A program made the translations under genes and the position numbers. From positions 17,608,001-17,672,000 of the forward strand of contig CM069142.1 of the NCBI GenBank assembly GCA_035221665.1: a stretch of 64,000 nucleotides of DNA. Reading direction: 5' to 3'. Positions 37,438 to 50,990 of this stretch are shown one piece after another; position 1 is the first letter of the stretch; each line of letters starts with the position of its first letter. Source of the DNA: Okamejei kenojei. Lineage: Eukaryota. The notes under the pieces were generated by a model that saw only the letters and a list, made by a program, of their open reading frames with translations, had not been told where the DNA came from and ran no database searches.

Positions 37438-37819
37438 GTTTTAGGATGTTTTCACCAGTTGGAGAGTCTAGGACCCGAGGTCATAGACTCACAATTAAAT
37501 CTTCCGCAGTATTGAGAAAGAACGTTGTGTATATTTGTGTCGTGAAATGGGGGTATAATTTGTACTGATATACAGGACCCAATGTGGTCATGAAAATTAA
37601 TGTGTGATTCATCCTTGATTACTTATACCTGCATTTTCCCCTTGCTGTACACCAGTTTTGAAATCAATTGGCAAAAGTTGAGTAGCACTTTTTTGCTTTT
37701 CGGTCCCCACAAAGAATTAACCTCAACGATCTAGGAAAGGAAAATAAAATACAGCACGTGGCCTTCATTTTGCACAGTAAATTTAACATCATAACAATTT
37801 AGCAGAGGATTTCACATTG

Positions 37820-38147
37820 GTTTGGATAGAGTGGATGTGAAGAGGATTTTTTCACCAGTTGGAGAGTCTAGGACCCGAGGTCATAGACTCACAATTAAAG
37901 GACGTTGCTTTAGGAAGGAGAAGAGGAGAAATGTATTTATTCGGAGGGTGGTGAATCTGTTGCCACATTCATTGCCGTGGATATTTTTATGGCAGAAATA
38001 GATAGAGTCTTGATTAGTACAGGTGTCAGTGGTTATGAGGAGAAGGCAGGAGAATGGGGTTAAGAGGGAAAGATAGATCAGCCATGATTGAATGGAGGAG
38101 TAGAATTGATGGGCCGAATAGCCTAATTCTGCTCCCATTACATATGA
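37820..38147 (+). mobile_element. CR1 3' fragment
   Basis: Homologous to 4168-4505 (GATAGAGTGGATGTG...GATCAGCCATGATTGAATGG...CCTAATTCTGCTCC). Confidence 0.88.
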
Positions 38148-39753
38148 ATTTATTATTCCATACCAGCAATGCCAAAAGCAGTTTGATCGCCAATTAACTA
38201 TGAACAGTCAAGTGCTACTCAACTTTTACCAATAGAAGGTACATAAAGTTGTTGGGAAAATGGCTGCATTTTAGCAAGATCCAATTCATAAGAAAATTCC
38301 ATCTCCCATCACTCCACACCACCTTCCAGCTGTTCCATGTTCCCCTTTATGCTCAGATAGCTGCTATCCACTAATTTTCATGTTCGTCAGCAAATCAGTC
38401 GCTGATTTCCAGATAAGCATAATTGGCTATATTGCCTATCCTCATTCTTTTGGTACATCTGCCAAAGCTATTGAAGGTGCAGATTTTTTTCAGAGCCTCA
38501 GCAAACTCAGCCGTGCTTTCCACAATGCCTCGGGATAGATCCCATCAGGCCATGGGATTCTCCTTAATGTGTGCCAATATCTTTAACATTTCCTCCTTGA
38601 AACTGGTATTTCAGAATATTACCATTCCACTCCCCCAAGTCTCTGCTATATCCTCCTTGGTGAATATTGATGAGAATATTCATTTAGGAACCTTTTCATA
38701 TCATCAAGCTTCACTCACTGGTCGCTGGGGCCCTTTACTCTTTCCCTGGCTATCCACTTACCTATAATACACTGTTCTCCTTAATCTTGCTTGTCAGGGC
38801 TATTTCATACTGCATTTTTGCCCTCCTAACAACTTTGGAAACAACGAACGCTGTTCTGAGTGAAGACATTCTACAATCCTCACTGCAGGACACAAGCTGA
38901 TTACTATATTAAATTATGCAACACAATCACAGTTGTTTCTTTACTTTTTGCTTCTGCTCCATTTTACAATTAAATGCTGAGTTGCTAACTCATCACGACA
39001 AATAATAATAATTTGTTAATAACTTGAGATGCAACATTAATGTGTAGTTTCAGTGAAATTTGATGTCAAACCAGTAATCAATCTATTCTTCCTGGTGATG
39101 AAATAATTCACATGTTGAAATTCATAAAATATATCTCACCCTCTCTAAACAACTATCTCCTTGAAGGGAGAGTTTGCGCTTTCATTGTCATAACATTGTG
39201 AGTTTTAGGTTTAATTCTGAGCAGGTTAAAAATAGAAACTTATTGTCAAAAGAACTAGAGATTTAACCAAAAAGGCTACAGTAAACAGTTCTCGACAGAA
39301 GAAATGAAACCCTGTTATGGTTCTGAATCTTATATGTTTTGCGCAGATGAAGTTTGTGAGACCTAATTACGCTAACACAGAACTTCATCACAAAAATAAC
39401 AAAGTACTTGAAAATGTCATCACAAAAATATAATCAAGATGTTTTTTTATCAAGCGATGGAGTGTTAACCCTATCTCCTAGATTGCAAATAATATTTATT
39501 ACAAACATAGATAATTAAATATGAACTTAGAAATGTACATTTATTTTTTTACTCATTATGGAATGAGGTTGAAAATAAGTTTGTTTAAATATCATGCTTC
39601 AAAAGAGTGAATTTAATCTGAAAATAGTGAAGGCTGTAGTCCTTCACATTAAAATTATCGGAGCTGGTTTGTGAAATGTAAAATATTATAGGTTGTACTG
39701 AAAGAAAGAGGACAGTTTTATCTTAATCCACCTATTGAGCAACAGAGCAGATT

Positions 39754-42408
39754 ATTCCACTGGGTCTTCCCCATAACCCCCCCTACCATGTAACCCCTGC
39801 TCTTCCCCACCCACACCACAGCCCCCATACCCCCCCCACCCCCTGACCACCCTCCACCACACAATGCTCCGTCCTCAGTTCACTCACCTGCCTTCCTCCG
39901 GCCACAACCCCCATCCTTGCCGCGTGTTCACCATCCCCCCACCCCCCCCTCTCCGACACCGAACGGTCTGTCCTCAGCAGAGGTCTCACCTTTGTCCCCC
40001 TCCGTCCCCACCTCAATGAGTTCCGCGCCCACCACGACTTGGAGCTCTTCTACCGTCGCCTCCGCCTCACAGCATTCTTCCACGGGAAGAAGTTTCTCAT
40101 CCCCCACTGATGATCCCTTTTCCTGTCTCCCACGTACTGCCTCCACTTGGACCCCCCCTCGTAGCCTTCCAGCTCTAGAACTATTTATCCAGAACTGCCG
40201 TCGGGACATCAACCGCCTCGACTTCTCCACCCCCCTGTCTCACTCCAATCTCTCCAGCCCTGAACGTACTGCCATCGACTCACTCCGTAACAACCCAGAC
40301 TGGGTTATCAAACCCGCCGACAAGGGAGGTGCCGTGGTAGTCTGGCGCGTCGATCTCTACAAAGCGGAGGCCGCGCGCCAACTCTCGGACACCTACTCCT
40401 ACTTACCCCTGGACCATGACCCCACTGACGAACACCAGGCCACCATTTTCGAGCACCATAACCGACTTCATCAGCTCCGGCTCCCTACCCCCCCCCGAGC
40501 CCTCCGACCTCATCGTTTCCCAGCCCCGCACGGCCCGATTTTACCTTCTCCCCAAAATCCACAAACCCGACTGCCCTGGCAGAACCCATTGTCTCTGCCT
40601 GTTCGTGCCCCACCGAACACATTTCCACATACCTTGACGCCATCCTATCCCCCTTTGTTTAAATCCCTCCCCACCTATGTTCAAGACACCTCAGACCACT
40701 CTCCGTCGGCTCCGTGCATTCCATTCTCCAGGCCCCCATCCTCTCATCTTTACCATGGACGTCCAGTCACTCCACACCTCCATCCCCCACCAGGACGGTC
40801 TCAAAGCCCTCCGGTTCTTCCTCGACCAGAGGAGCAACCCATACCCGTCCACTGACACCCTCCTCCGCCTAGCGGAGTTGGTCCTCACCCTCAATAACTT
40901 CTCTTTTGATTCCTCCCATTTCCTCCAAACACAAGGCGTAGCTATGGGGACACGCATGGGCCCCAGCTACGCTTGCCTCTTTGTTGGGTACGTCGAACAA
41001 TCCTTGTTCTCGGCGTACCAGGGCCCCATCCCCGACCTCTACCTCCGTTACATCGACGACTGCTTTGGTGTCACCTCCTGCACCCACACACAACTGACTG
41101 ACTTCATTCATTTCACCACCAACTTCCATCCGGCACTCAAATACACTTGGACCATTTCCGACATTTCCCTACCATTCCTTGACCTCACCATCTCTATTGC
41201 AGGTGATACACTCCTGACCGACATCCACTACAAACCAACTGACTCCCACAGCTACCTGGACTACTCTTCCTCCCACCCTGCTTCCTGTAAGGACTCCATC
41301 CCCTATTCCCAATTCCTCCGTCTACGCCGCATCTGCTCCCAGGATGAGGTGTTCCACACCAGGTCATCACAAATGGCCTCATTCTTCAGAGAACGGGGAT
41401 TCTCCTCCCCACTATTGATGAGGCTCGCACCAGGGTCTCCTCCATACCCCGCAACACTGTCCTCTCTCCCCATTCCCCCACTCGCAAACAGGCAGAGTCC
41501 CCCTGGTCCTCACCTTTCACCCCACCAGCCGGCAAATACAACACATAGTCCTCCGCCAGTTTCGCCATCTCCAACGTGACCCCTCCACCCACCACATCTT
41601 CCCATCTCCCCCCCTGTCTGCCTTCCGCAAAGACCGCTCCCTCCGCAACTCCCCTTGTCAATTCTTCCCTCCCCTCCCGCTCTAAAACCCCTTCCCCGGC
41701 ACTTTCCCTTGCAACCGCAAGAAATGCAAACACTTGTCCCTTCACCTCCCCCCTCCACTCCTTTCAGGGACCCAAGCAGTCCTTCCAGGTCCGACAGAGG
41801 TTCACCTGCACCTCCTCCAACCTCATCTACTGCATCCGCTGCTCCAGATGCCAGATGATCTATATCGGTGAGACCAAGCGGAGGCTTGGCGATCGTTTCG
41901 CCGAACACCTCCGCTCGGTCCGCAATAACCAACCGACCTCCCGGTGGCTCAGCACTTCAACTCCCCTCCCATTCCGCATCCGACCTCTCGGTCCTGGGCC
42001 TCCTCCACGGCCAGAGTGAGCAACACAGCAAGTTGGAGGAACAGCACCTCATATTCCGCTTGGGTAGTCTGCATCCTTTGGGCTTGAACATTGAATTTTC
42101 TCAATTCTGTTAACCCTTGCTGTCTCCTCCCCTTCCCACCTCTCCCTCAGCCCTCGGGCCCTGGCATTCCCTCTATCTCTATCTCCCTCCCCCACCCTAG
42201 TCGCACTAGCTTGTTCCCTTTATCATCGATACTTTTTCGCATATCTTTCATTCATTGTTCTTTATCTCTCTACATCACCGTCTATATCTCTTGTTTCCCT
42301 GATCCCTGACCAGTCTAAAGAAGGGTCTCGACCCGAAACGTCGCCTATCTCCTTCGCTCCTTAGATGCTGCTGCACCCGCTGAGTTTCTCCAGCTTTTTG
42401 TGTAACCC
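39754..42408 (+). mobile_element. Penelope-like retroelement (Neptune-type): RT + Cys linker + GIY-YIG endonuclease, frameshifted, 11-bp TSD
   Basis: IKPADKGGAVVV, FYLLPKIHK, TMDVQSLHTSIP, QTQGVAMGTRMGPSYA, LRYIDD, YKPTDSH; FPCNRKKC..TCP linker; LIYCIRCSRCQMIYIGETKRRLGDRFAEH. CAGAGCAGATT occurs at 39743-39753 and 42409-42419. The 3' hammerhead-like motif has a mutated core (CTAAAGA). Confidence 0.95.
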
Positions 42409-42764
42409 CAGAGCAGATTGACAACCTGCTTGAAAGCTCTCCACTTGACTTTATCTTCAATTGAAAATTGAAGTTGATTAGTGCCAGTGAATTCCAAGTC
42501 TGAAAGGAAAAGATGTTTGAGAGGACTCCATGGAGGAAAGGGTGAAAGCAAAACTAAAACAGAAAAAATAAAACAGTATCCTATGTTTTTCATTCAAGCC
42601 ACAAATTGGTTCATATAGAGCTGCAGATGCCAAGAATGAGTTTTTGAACAGAAGAGGTAGAATTTCTTATGGTTCCACTTTGTTGTCAATTTGTTGAAAA
42701 TTAACAATCTACTTTGGACCTTCCAGTTCTCTGAATATTGGCAAGGAGTGCTAAAGAAGAATTG

Positions 42765-43120
42765 ATACAAAATACTGGAGTAACTCAGCGGTTCAGGCAG
42801 CATCTCTGGAGAAAAGGAATAGGTGACATTTCAGGTCGAGGCCCTTCTTCAGACTGTGAGTCGGGGAGAGGGAGACTAGAGGTATCAAAAGAACAGGATA
42901 AACAACTGACAACGATGACTCAAGAAAGGTGGTACCCACAATGGTCCATTGTTGGCTGTGGAAGAGGCGATAATGAAGGGATACAAATGGTGAGACTAGT
43001 AAGGCGGCAAGGGTGAGGGAGGGACGGAGAGAGAGGGAATGGAAGGGCAACTTGAAATTAGAGAAATCAATATTCATGCCGCTGGGTTGTAAGAAGCTGC
43101 CTAAGCAAAATATGTCATGG
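42765..43120 (-). mobile_element. Penelope-like 3' end fragment
   Basis: The reverse complement encodes LGSFLQPSGMNIDFSNF (cf. LGSLHPLGLNIEFSQF), followed by the pLTR/hammerhead-like repeat. Confidence 0.85.
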
Positions 43121-43133
43121 GCCAACGTCCTTG

Positions 43134-43139
43134 GGGGGT

Positions 43140-43182
<43 letters not shown>

Positions 43183-43212
43183 AGGGGGGGGGGGGGGGGG
43201 GGGGGGGGGGGG
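43134..43212. repeat. Poly-G tract (~75 nt)
   Basis: Seen directly; it lies at the junction of the Penelope fragment. Confidence 0.9.
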
Positions 43213-44247
43213 AAGCCTTTTAAGGAACTGCTATTGAGAAGTTGTAGGGATGCTTAGACTGCCGGAGTACATGAGGAGGTTTTCAAGGGTACAATCTCAA
43301 CTGGCCTCGTTTCACGGAGGAGTTGCTTTAACTGCTCAGTTGGCGCAGCGTTGAGAAGTTTGAGCCTCTAGAAACGTTATAGCTGAAAGAGATACCATCT
43401 TATACGCAGAATATCTTCTCAAGAGGAGAAAATAAATATATTATTCAATCGCTTGCTTTTCAAATCTTATTGCTGCGCAATTACATTTACTCCAAACTAA
43501 ACCCAATCAAGTCACTTAAGGTCACAAATGACAGGATACCCTTCTAGAATAATCTCTGTGAAACTGCGTACTCCATGTTGCAACCAAATATTAAATACTT
43601 TCCCAACCAAAAAGCCGTCACAACAAAGTCATTTAACAGGTTGTTAACTTTGAATTAACCAATTTTTTTTTCAATTTTCATGAAGTTAGACTTGTAGTTA
43701 GATTTTTACAAAATATGTTAACTTTGAAGTAATATCTAATTGAGGTTTCTTGGATGTGGCCTTATTAGATTACAAGCTAACTTAATGTGGCATCACATGA
43801 AAGGTTCCCTGTCTAGTCCTTGCGACTATCAACCTCCACAAATTCCGATTTATTCCTTTTCAATGGAGGGTGAATATGGCATATTTTTACACAGGGGAGG
43901 CTATTTGGCTTTCTGTCCTGCCTTGACAGCGATGTTTTACTTCTACTCGAGTACACATGTGTGATGCACTATTGACCCTTTTGTGGCTCCACGTCGTCCT
44001 TGATCCATTGCGATTAAGTCATATTGTGACGGGATCAATATGATGAGAATGCATGGTGGAAAGCGTCTGGTCCTGTCACGGACATTTAGGAGAGAGATGT
44101 TATAAGAGGTCAGCTGACGCTTTCCTCTCCTCCCCAGCAGTTCTATCATGAGGTATAAGAAACCTGAGGCACCAATCCCAGCTAGTTGGCTGCTGCTTTA
44201 CATTCCCTGACAGCTATGCATGTTGCCATTGTGATGAGTATTAGTAA

Positions 44248-44405
44248 ACTTCATAAGTGATAGGAGCAGAATTATGCCATTCAGCCCATCAAGTCTACTC
44301 CGCCATTCAATCATGGCAGATCTATCTCTCCCTTTCAAACTGCTTTCTCCCCATAACTCCGTACTAATCAAGAATCTATCTATCTTTGCCTTAAACATAT
44401 CAATT
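44248..44405 (-). mobile_element. CR1 3'UTR fragment
   Basis: GATAGGAGCAGAATTATGCCATTCAGCCC...CCGCCATTCAATCATGGCAGATC. Confidence 0.75.
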
Positions 44406-45500
44406 GGCTTGGCCATGCCTTGCCTTGCCTGGCCATTTATCTGTCTTGCCTTTCATCTTCAGTCCATGATTTGAGGCATGAAAAAAGACTGAAAGAACTG
44501 ACGACTCAGTGCAAAAAAAAGACCCTACCGTTTTGTCACTTGGCAGCAACCTCATAAATACTGGTATGAATAGACCAACAAGAAAATGGTACAGAAATGT
44601 ATTGTATTGCGTTCTTGTGTGTAGGAATCTCGGGCAACAGTATTTCCTTGCTTTATGTTGATTACTGTGCAACTAAAGGAGTTGACAGGATTCTTAGGTT
44701 TAAGCACAGCATCTGAAATGTACTTCAATGACAAATATTAGAAAAGGCCTTCCCCGCTGCTCTGAAGTGCCAATGATAAAGTGGGAAATAGGAAGTAAGT
44801 TCTGAGCCATTGCTCAGTTGGGGCACTGTTCTCTTTGTGTCAGAAGATTCAAGTTCCACGAAGGAGTCATGAGTAAATAATGCCCAGAACGATACTTCAA
44901 TGAAGTCCTAAGGGAGTGCTATACCATTGGAAGTGCCACCTCTGGGATGAGACATTAAGCAGCAGCCCTGTTTGCTCTGGAGGGGTTATTGTGCTGTTTC
45001 ACAAGGCAGGAGGAGTTATCTCATGAAAAGTCCTGCTCCCCAAGTCAACCTCACTTCAATGATACTTTATTTTCACATGTACATGGGCACGGTGAAATGC
45101 TTTGTTTTGTATGCAACCCGGTAAAACCATACAGCAGACCTCACATAGTGTCGCCACACTTCTGACGTTGCAAAACTTCACAGATTGTGTTGCCATTGAT
45201 TACATTGTTGCTTTCGGGAGCATGATACATGCCAATCACCAACAACTGCTCTTAAACTGCAACAGTGATTACAGTGAAGTATTTTTTGTTTGCTAAATAT
45301 TTGGCGATCTACAAAGCACTTGGTAATTTTTTTTCTTGCTGTCTTATTTCCCTCAATCAATTTCCCTCCTGGGATAAATAAAGTTCTATCCGATCGTGTT
45401 AAATTCTGCTCCAGTGATGGATGAAAATTGTTCAACTTGGTGGTCATAGTGTATGTTACTGTCAGGAATGTTGCCCACTGGCTCTTGCAATGAGGAGATC

Positions 45501-46379
45501 CAGGGCCGGCCTTAAGCCGATGGGATAAATTGCTCCCGATTGGGCCCGGCACCTAAGGGTAGATCTACCCCAGGTGGAGGGGGGAGAGAGGGGTGGAGAG
45601 AGAGAGTAGAGGGGTGGAGGGAGAAGAAAGGGATAGACGGGGAGGGGGTGTGAGGGGGAATGGAGAAGGGGGAGAGGGCAAGGTGGGTCGGTCCCTCACG
45701 GTCCTGGGGCAGCGCTCCTGTCCCTTCAGTCGCCGTGCTTCACGCACACAGCCCTGGCCCCACCCATCTCTCTCCCCGGGGAGACGCGGTGAACACAGGG
45801 AGGGCCGGGGGTTGGAGAAGTTTACACCTCGGCATCAGCTCACAAACCCAATCCGCACAGACCCCGGCATCCGCTCCTGCCACCGGCCCTCCTCCTCCTC
45901 TTTTCCCTTCTCATCCTTCCCATCCCTCCCTTCTGTTCTTTCCTTCCTCCTCTCCTTCTTTCTCACTTCCCTCACCCCCATTCTCTCCTTCCTCCCTTCT
46001 CTCCTCCTCCTCCACCTCTCTCCTACAAACCCCCAACTCCCACACTACCACACCACCCCCCCCCCCCCCCCGTTCACTAAACAAGTGGTATTGTAACTAT
46101 GTACTTTTCAGAGGTGATCTACACATTTTGTTTTACAGTAGGCTTACATGTATGCAATTTTATATAAAAATGTCGCTTAGAACCAGTTTTGGTATCCTAT
46201 TAACTCGCAGGCACTTTTTAAGCGCACATTTGATTATTTTCTATTCTAACAATTGAGATACAAAGTCTACAATATACTTGATTTGTTATTTACTTATGAT
46301 TCTACAGTCCTTGGCTGGAACCTGGGGGCTCACCATAATTGTTCCCCAATTGGGCCCCGCACCTCCTAAGCTGGCCCTG
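45501..46379. mobile_element. Non-autonomous hAT (Tip100-like) element
   Basis: Termini CAGGGCCGGCCTTA / TAAGCTGGCCCTG; subterminal motif ATTGGGCCC(G/C)GCACCT near both ends. The TSD is poorly preserved (AGGAGATC / AGGAAGGT). Confidence 0.6.
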
Positions 46380-46534
46380 AGGAAGGTGACCATGTCCTTT
46401 GTGTTATTGTTTGAAAAATTTATGTGTGCTGTTATTAGCTGGTGACAATTTGCATGGAACAGGAAGGTAAGATATGGAAAATGCCATTATATCTGTTTTC
46501 CTCACAGAACCTTATGTGCAAAAGAATGTAGACC

Positions 46535-46855
46535 ACAGGGACAAGCACAGTGACGCAGCTGGTAGTCCTGCTGCTTCACACGCCAGAGATCCTGGTTCGA
46601 TCCTGACTTCAGGTGCTGTCTGTGTGGAATTTGCAAGTTGTCCCTGTGACCAGGTGGGTTTCCTCTGAGTGCACTGGTTTCCTCCCATGTCCCAAAGATG
46701 TATGTGTTTACAGTTTAATTGGCCTCAGTAATTTGCCCCTTACTGGTTGTGGAAGCAAACGTGGGAGCACCAGAGTGGACAAGTGATTGATGGTCAGCAC
46801 GGAGTTGGTGGACTGTAGGGCCTGTTACCATGCTGTACTTTTGAATCAATCAATT
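46535..46855 (+). mobile_element. V-SINE (HE1-like)
   Basis: GCACAGTGACGCAGCTGGT...GGTTCGATCC B-box, V core and CR1-type tail. Confidence 0.85.
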
Positions 46856-48269
46856 ACAGAGAGGCCCCTTGGCCTGTTAAACCTGCCCTGGGCCAGTTTC
46901 CAAATGCCCTCAGTTTCCTGATCTTTCAAGATGTATCAACTTCCTCTTTAAAATCCCCAATCATCTAATGTCCGCAACCCTCCGAGTAGAGAATTACAAA
47001 GATTCACCATCCTGTGAATGAAGAAAGGTGATGAATCACCTCTCAATGTATGCTGGATTTACAAACCTTGCAAACTTTATGGATATTTTGCACCAAATAT
47101 CTGTGACCCTGTTTAAATAGTGGCAGTGAAGCAGAGGACCTTCTTCACCCAGTTAGATGGATTAATTTGTACTTTTTGTAATCTTAATAAAATGATGCCT
47201 TTACAGTACACTGCAGAGAAAGGCATTACAAATTGTCTGTTTCAGATTTATAGAAGCCTTTTTGTGTTTTGAATAACGATAAGGTGCGTTGATGGATGTT
47301 TGCAGCAACAGACTTTGCACTTTGTATCGGAATGGGTTGCATTTAAGTGGTACTACAAGAGCTGTACTTGTTGTTATACTTGTTCAATCTGTAGTGTCAA
47401 TTTCTGGTTTGCACTGGAAGCAATAATAACATTAATAAATGTGTGATTAATTGCATTAATTAAGGAGAACTCTGAAGATCACAGTAGATGCAAATTTGGT
47501 TCAAAGTAATTATGAAAACTCTGAATCACTTTCTTGCTACCACCTACTGATAATGGTATGTGATATCATTGCGTCTATTTTTCATTTTATTGTTTTCTCA
47601 CTCGTTGGAATTATGCCATAGTTGACGACAAAAAAATCCAACATACAAAGAATGGATATCCGAAGTTAAGATTGTCAAACTGTTTGTAGTTGGCTTGGGG
47701 TTATGGTAAAAATGTAGAGTGGGAGCACTATTTAAAGTGGGAGTAATGAATGGCTTTTATTCAGAGTTTATAATTAAATTGAAGAGGCATGCGGGAGACG
47801 GAAGAGGAAAGATCTCTTTGATATTGGGTGTGGTGACCTCTAATTTAGGGATGATGTCCATGGAGGTTGTTCTACAACACATTAAACAATGGTATAATTT
47901 CACATTGCTTCGCAGAATCTTGGAGTCATACAGCACAGAAACAGGCTCTACAGCCAGTTTGTCCGCGGCAACCAATATGCCCCATCTAAAATAGTCCCAT
48001 TTGCCTGCATTTTGTCACTGACCGCATAAACCATTCCTATCTATCCTTGATGAGATAAAATGCAGCTCCTTAAATATGTGCATAATTTTGCGAGTCTGTT
48101 TGTGAGGGCTTTGAATGTGCTGAATGACAAGGAAAACTGTTGACCAGTTTATTAGCTACAATTGCCAGTTTACTTTCACCAGTACATCATAACAAGAAGC
48201 AATTGATAAAAACGCTGCCATCACTCGCTTCCCTGATAATCTGTCAATCTGCCCTTTCCATCCCTCCCC

Positions 48270-48510
48270 CACCCAAATCGCACCAGCTTCTCGTTTTCAC
48301 CTAACAAACACCTAACAATAGCCTGTTTCACTTATCATTACTTTTTTGCATATCTTTCATTCATTGCTCTTTATCTCTCTGCATCATCGTCTATATCTCT
48401 CATTTCCCTTTTCTCTAACTAGTATGAAGAAGGGTCTCAACCCGAAATGTCACCCATTCCTTCTCTCCAGAGATGCTACCTGTTACTCCAGCTTTTTATG
48501 TCTATCTTCA
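48270..48510 (+). mobile_element. Penelope-derived 3' fragment
   Basis: Matches 42230-42400 (CATATCTTTCATTCATTG...TGAAGAAGGGTCTCAACCCGAAATGTC). Confidence 0.8.
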
Positions 48511-49759
48511 TGTCTTTTACCCTGTTGGGCTAGAATGTATACAACAGAATAACTGTGTTGCATATCCCATCAACCTATGATTGTTCAGAGGAAGGTGCAG
48601 CCATTTTCTTTGGGAAGCTGACAAAATTATCATGCTCTTGGTGATTTGATGGGCCGTTTGCTAATGAGAAACATTTGACTGAATGGATTTATGTATAAAA
48701 CGGCTCCTCAATCCTGGTAGACACAATCTGCTGGAGTAACTCAGTGGGACTCCAGCAGCATCTCTGGAGAGAAGGAATGGGTGATGTTTCAGGTCGAGAC
48801 TCTTCATCATACTAGCCTTAATCCTGGTGTTTTGTATTGTTCCTGCAATAACGGTAGATTGGAATTCTCCCTGATATTAAGGATGCTCCTGTGACATGGT
48901 AGTGTTTACTGCTCATGATTGTTTTCAGTTTTGAATGGTCCTCTAATGGTGTGCTTGATGGGTTTCATCATATTTTGTTAAATAATTCCATGGACACAAT
49001 TCAGTAGTATTGAATAGTTTTCTTTCAAAAATGTACACTACATTATGAAGTATTGGGCAATACCTCGTGCTGATCAACTGGACAATTTCCTTGGTATGTT
49101 GTTTTTGATAATTCCCCAGTAACGGTATATTTGATGGCTTCTCGGTGATAGCAAACACAAAGTACATTTTATAGTTTCTCTATTTCAACGGATTGAAGTG
49201 TTATGTCGTTGTGATTTTAGAAAACGATGTGTTTGTATTGCTGGTATTGGTAATGCAGGCCATGAGAGTATGTGGACAATGGGAGTCTATTTGGCTGGAA
49301 ATCTTTGAACGGGAGTTAAGTTGTGGGCACATTAGGAACAAGCAAGTGGACAGGTTGCTGTCTGATGAAGAGATGTCTGATAAGAACAGGGAATGAAAAG
49401 TTGCAAAAACTGATCCTGTCAATGTTTTAAAATAAAAGAGGGTTCTGCTGGTGGAACTCAGCGGGTCAGGCAGCTTTCGAGGAAGGAAATGGATAGTCGA
49501 TGTGTGGGTAAGGACCTTTAATCTGGTGGCCCAAGAATTAGCAAATGATAGGGAGCCCAATAATTTGCAAGTGATAGGTGGAGACAGGTGAGGAAGGGTT
49601 GATTAGCACTTAACAATCAGGTGGGAGATGATATAATGGCCCACAGAGGAACATGGCTGGAAAACAATCAGGTCTGAGAATGAAATGAAATGAGGTCTGA
49701 GAATGAAATGTACCAGGATATGAATCTACAGAAAAGACAAATAGTGCCGGTGATTGGCA

Positions 49760-50550
49760 CTTAATGAGTATGGATTAAATCTCTCGATATTTGGACAGGT
49801 TATAAGTGGTAAGATGTTATAATGAGTGGAAACTTTATGGATGGATGGGGATTTTGGACTCTAGTTGCAGTGCACAGAGATTTCCCTGGGGACAATTTTG
49901 AAGCAGGTCAGTGCATAAATGCCAAACTTAAACAAATATGGAGTAAAAGCTGATAGTTTTAATGGGGTATTGGCTTTTCTCTCGATTGGGAGAAGCAGAT
50001 GAGCTCATGTCTGAAAGTTGGTGAACTACTTCTGCTGTTAAGCTTAGTTTACTGCAGTAATATGTTTTAGAAGCAATAACCAGGCAGGGAATATTAGATA
50101 TTAGTAAGGAGTAATGAGCCAGATTTAGTTAACGGTCTAACTGTGCGTGAACATTTATCTAATAGTGATCATAATATGACAAAGCTCAGTGGAGTGTTCG
50201 AAAAGCAGAAATGCAAAGCAGTACTCGGGTTCTACATCTACAAAAAGCATATTTCACTGAGATGAGCTGGAAACTTCCCATGGTGAAGAAGTTAAATGGG
50301 ATAATTGACAACACTCGGAGCAGTTAAATATTTATAACTTCAAAAGTTATACTTAATAATATATGTACTACTACTTACTACTTCAAGGTGATAAATGTTT
50401 GTAACTATCTCCAGAACCAATGCTAAGTTGGTTGATAATTTTAAGAATATCATCATAGGATATGGAACAAAGCCAGGTAGTAGAATTAGGGCACAGATCA
50501 GCCTTGACTTCACTGGTGGTGTTGCCTCAAGGGGCTAAATGACCTACTCC
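49760..50550 (+). mobile_element. Highly degenerate CR1 remnants
   Basis: AILDISKE / LSNSDHNM (EN-like) segment, plus a CR1 3'UTR-like GATCAGCC...GGGCTAAATGACCTACTCC. Confidence 0.5.
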
Positions 50551-50867
50551 CTTTTTCTGTCTTCCATAGATTTCAAATAATCACCCTAAAAGTAGGTAGT
50601 TTGGTGCCCTTTCTGAAGAACATCACCGTTAATCTTGCTTTCCTGAAGAAAAGACTGAGTGGCAATTTACATAATTTAAAGTACTGCTGTGAAATTTGAA
50701 CTCGGGAATTTTGAGTTAAGTAACCTATCAATTCTCCCATGGTGACAGGTTGGGGCAATAAATTATCCTCTGCTCAGGTAACGATGTCCTTATTGAAGTG
50801 ATAATAGTAATTTTCACCTTTTGATGCTTGGGCGGTATCCCAAGAGCATGAATTCTATCAGATACGC

Positions 50868-50990
50868 CAGTCTGAAGAAGGATCTCAACCTGAAATGCCA
50901 CCCAATTCCTTCTATCCAGCGATGCTGCCTGTCCCGCTGAGTTACTCCAGCATTTTGTGTCTGTCTTCGGTGTAAACCAGTTCCGCCCTA
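50868..50990 (+). mobile_element. Penelope-derived short element with long TSD
   Basis: CAGTCTGAAGAAGG...GATGCTGCCTGTCCCGCTGAGTTACTCC; flanks AATTCTATCAGATACGC / AATTCTATCAGGTATGC. Confidence 0.75.

Noticed and set aside
43134-43212. Gly-rich peptide or functional poly-G element
   Set aside because: A homopolymer at a TE junction; its length may be an assembly artefact.
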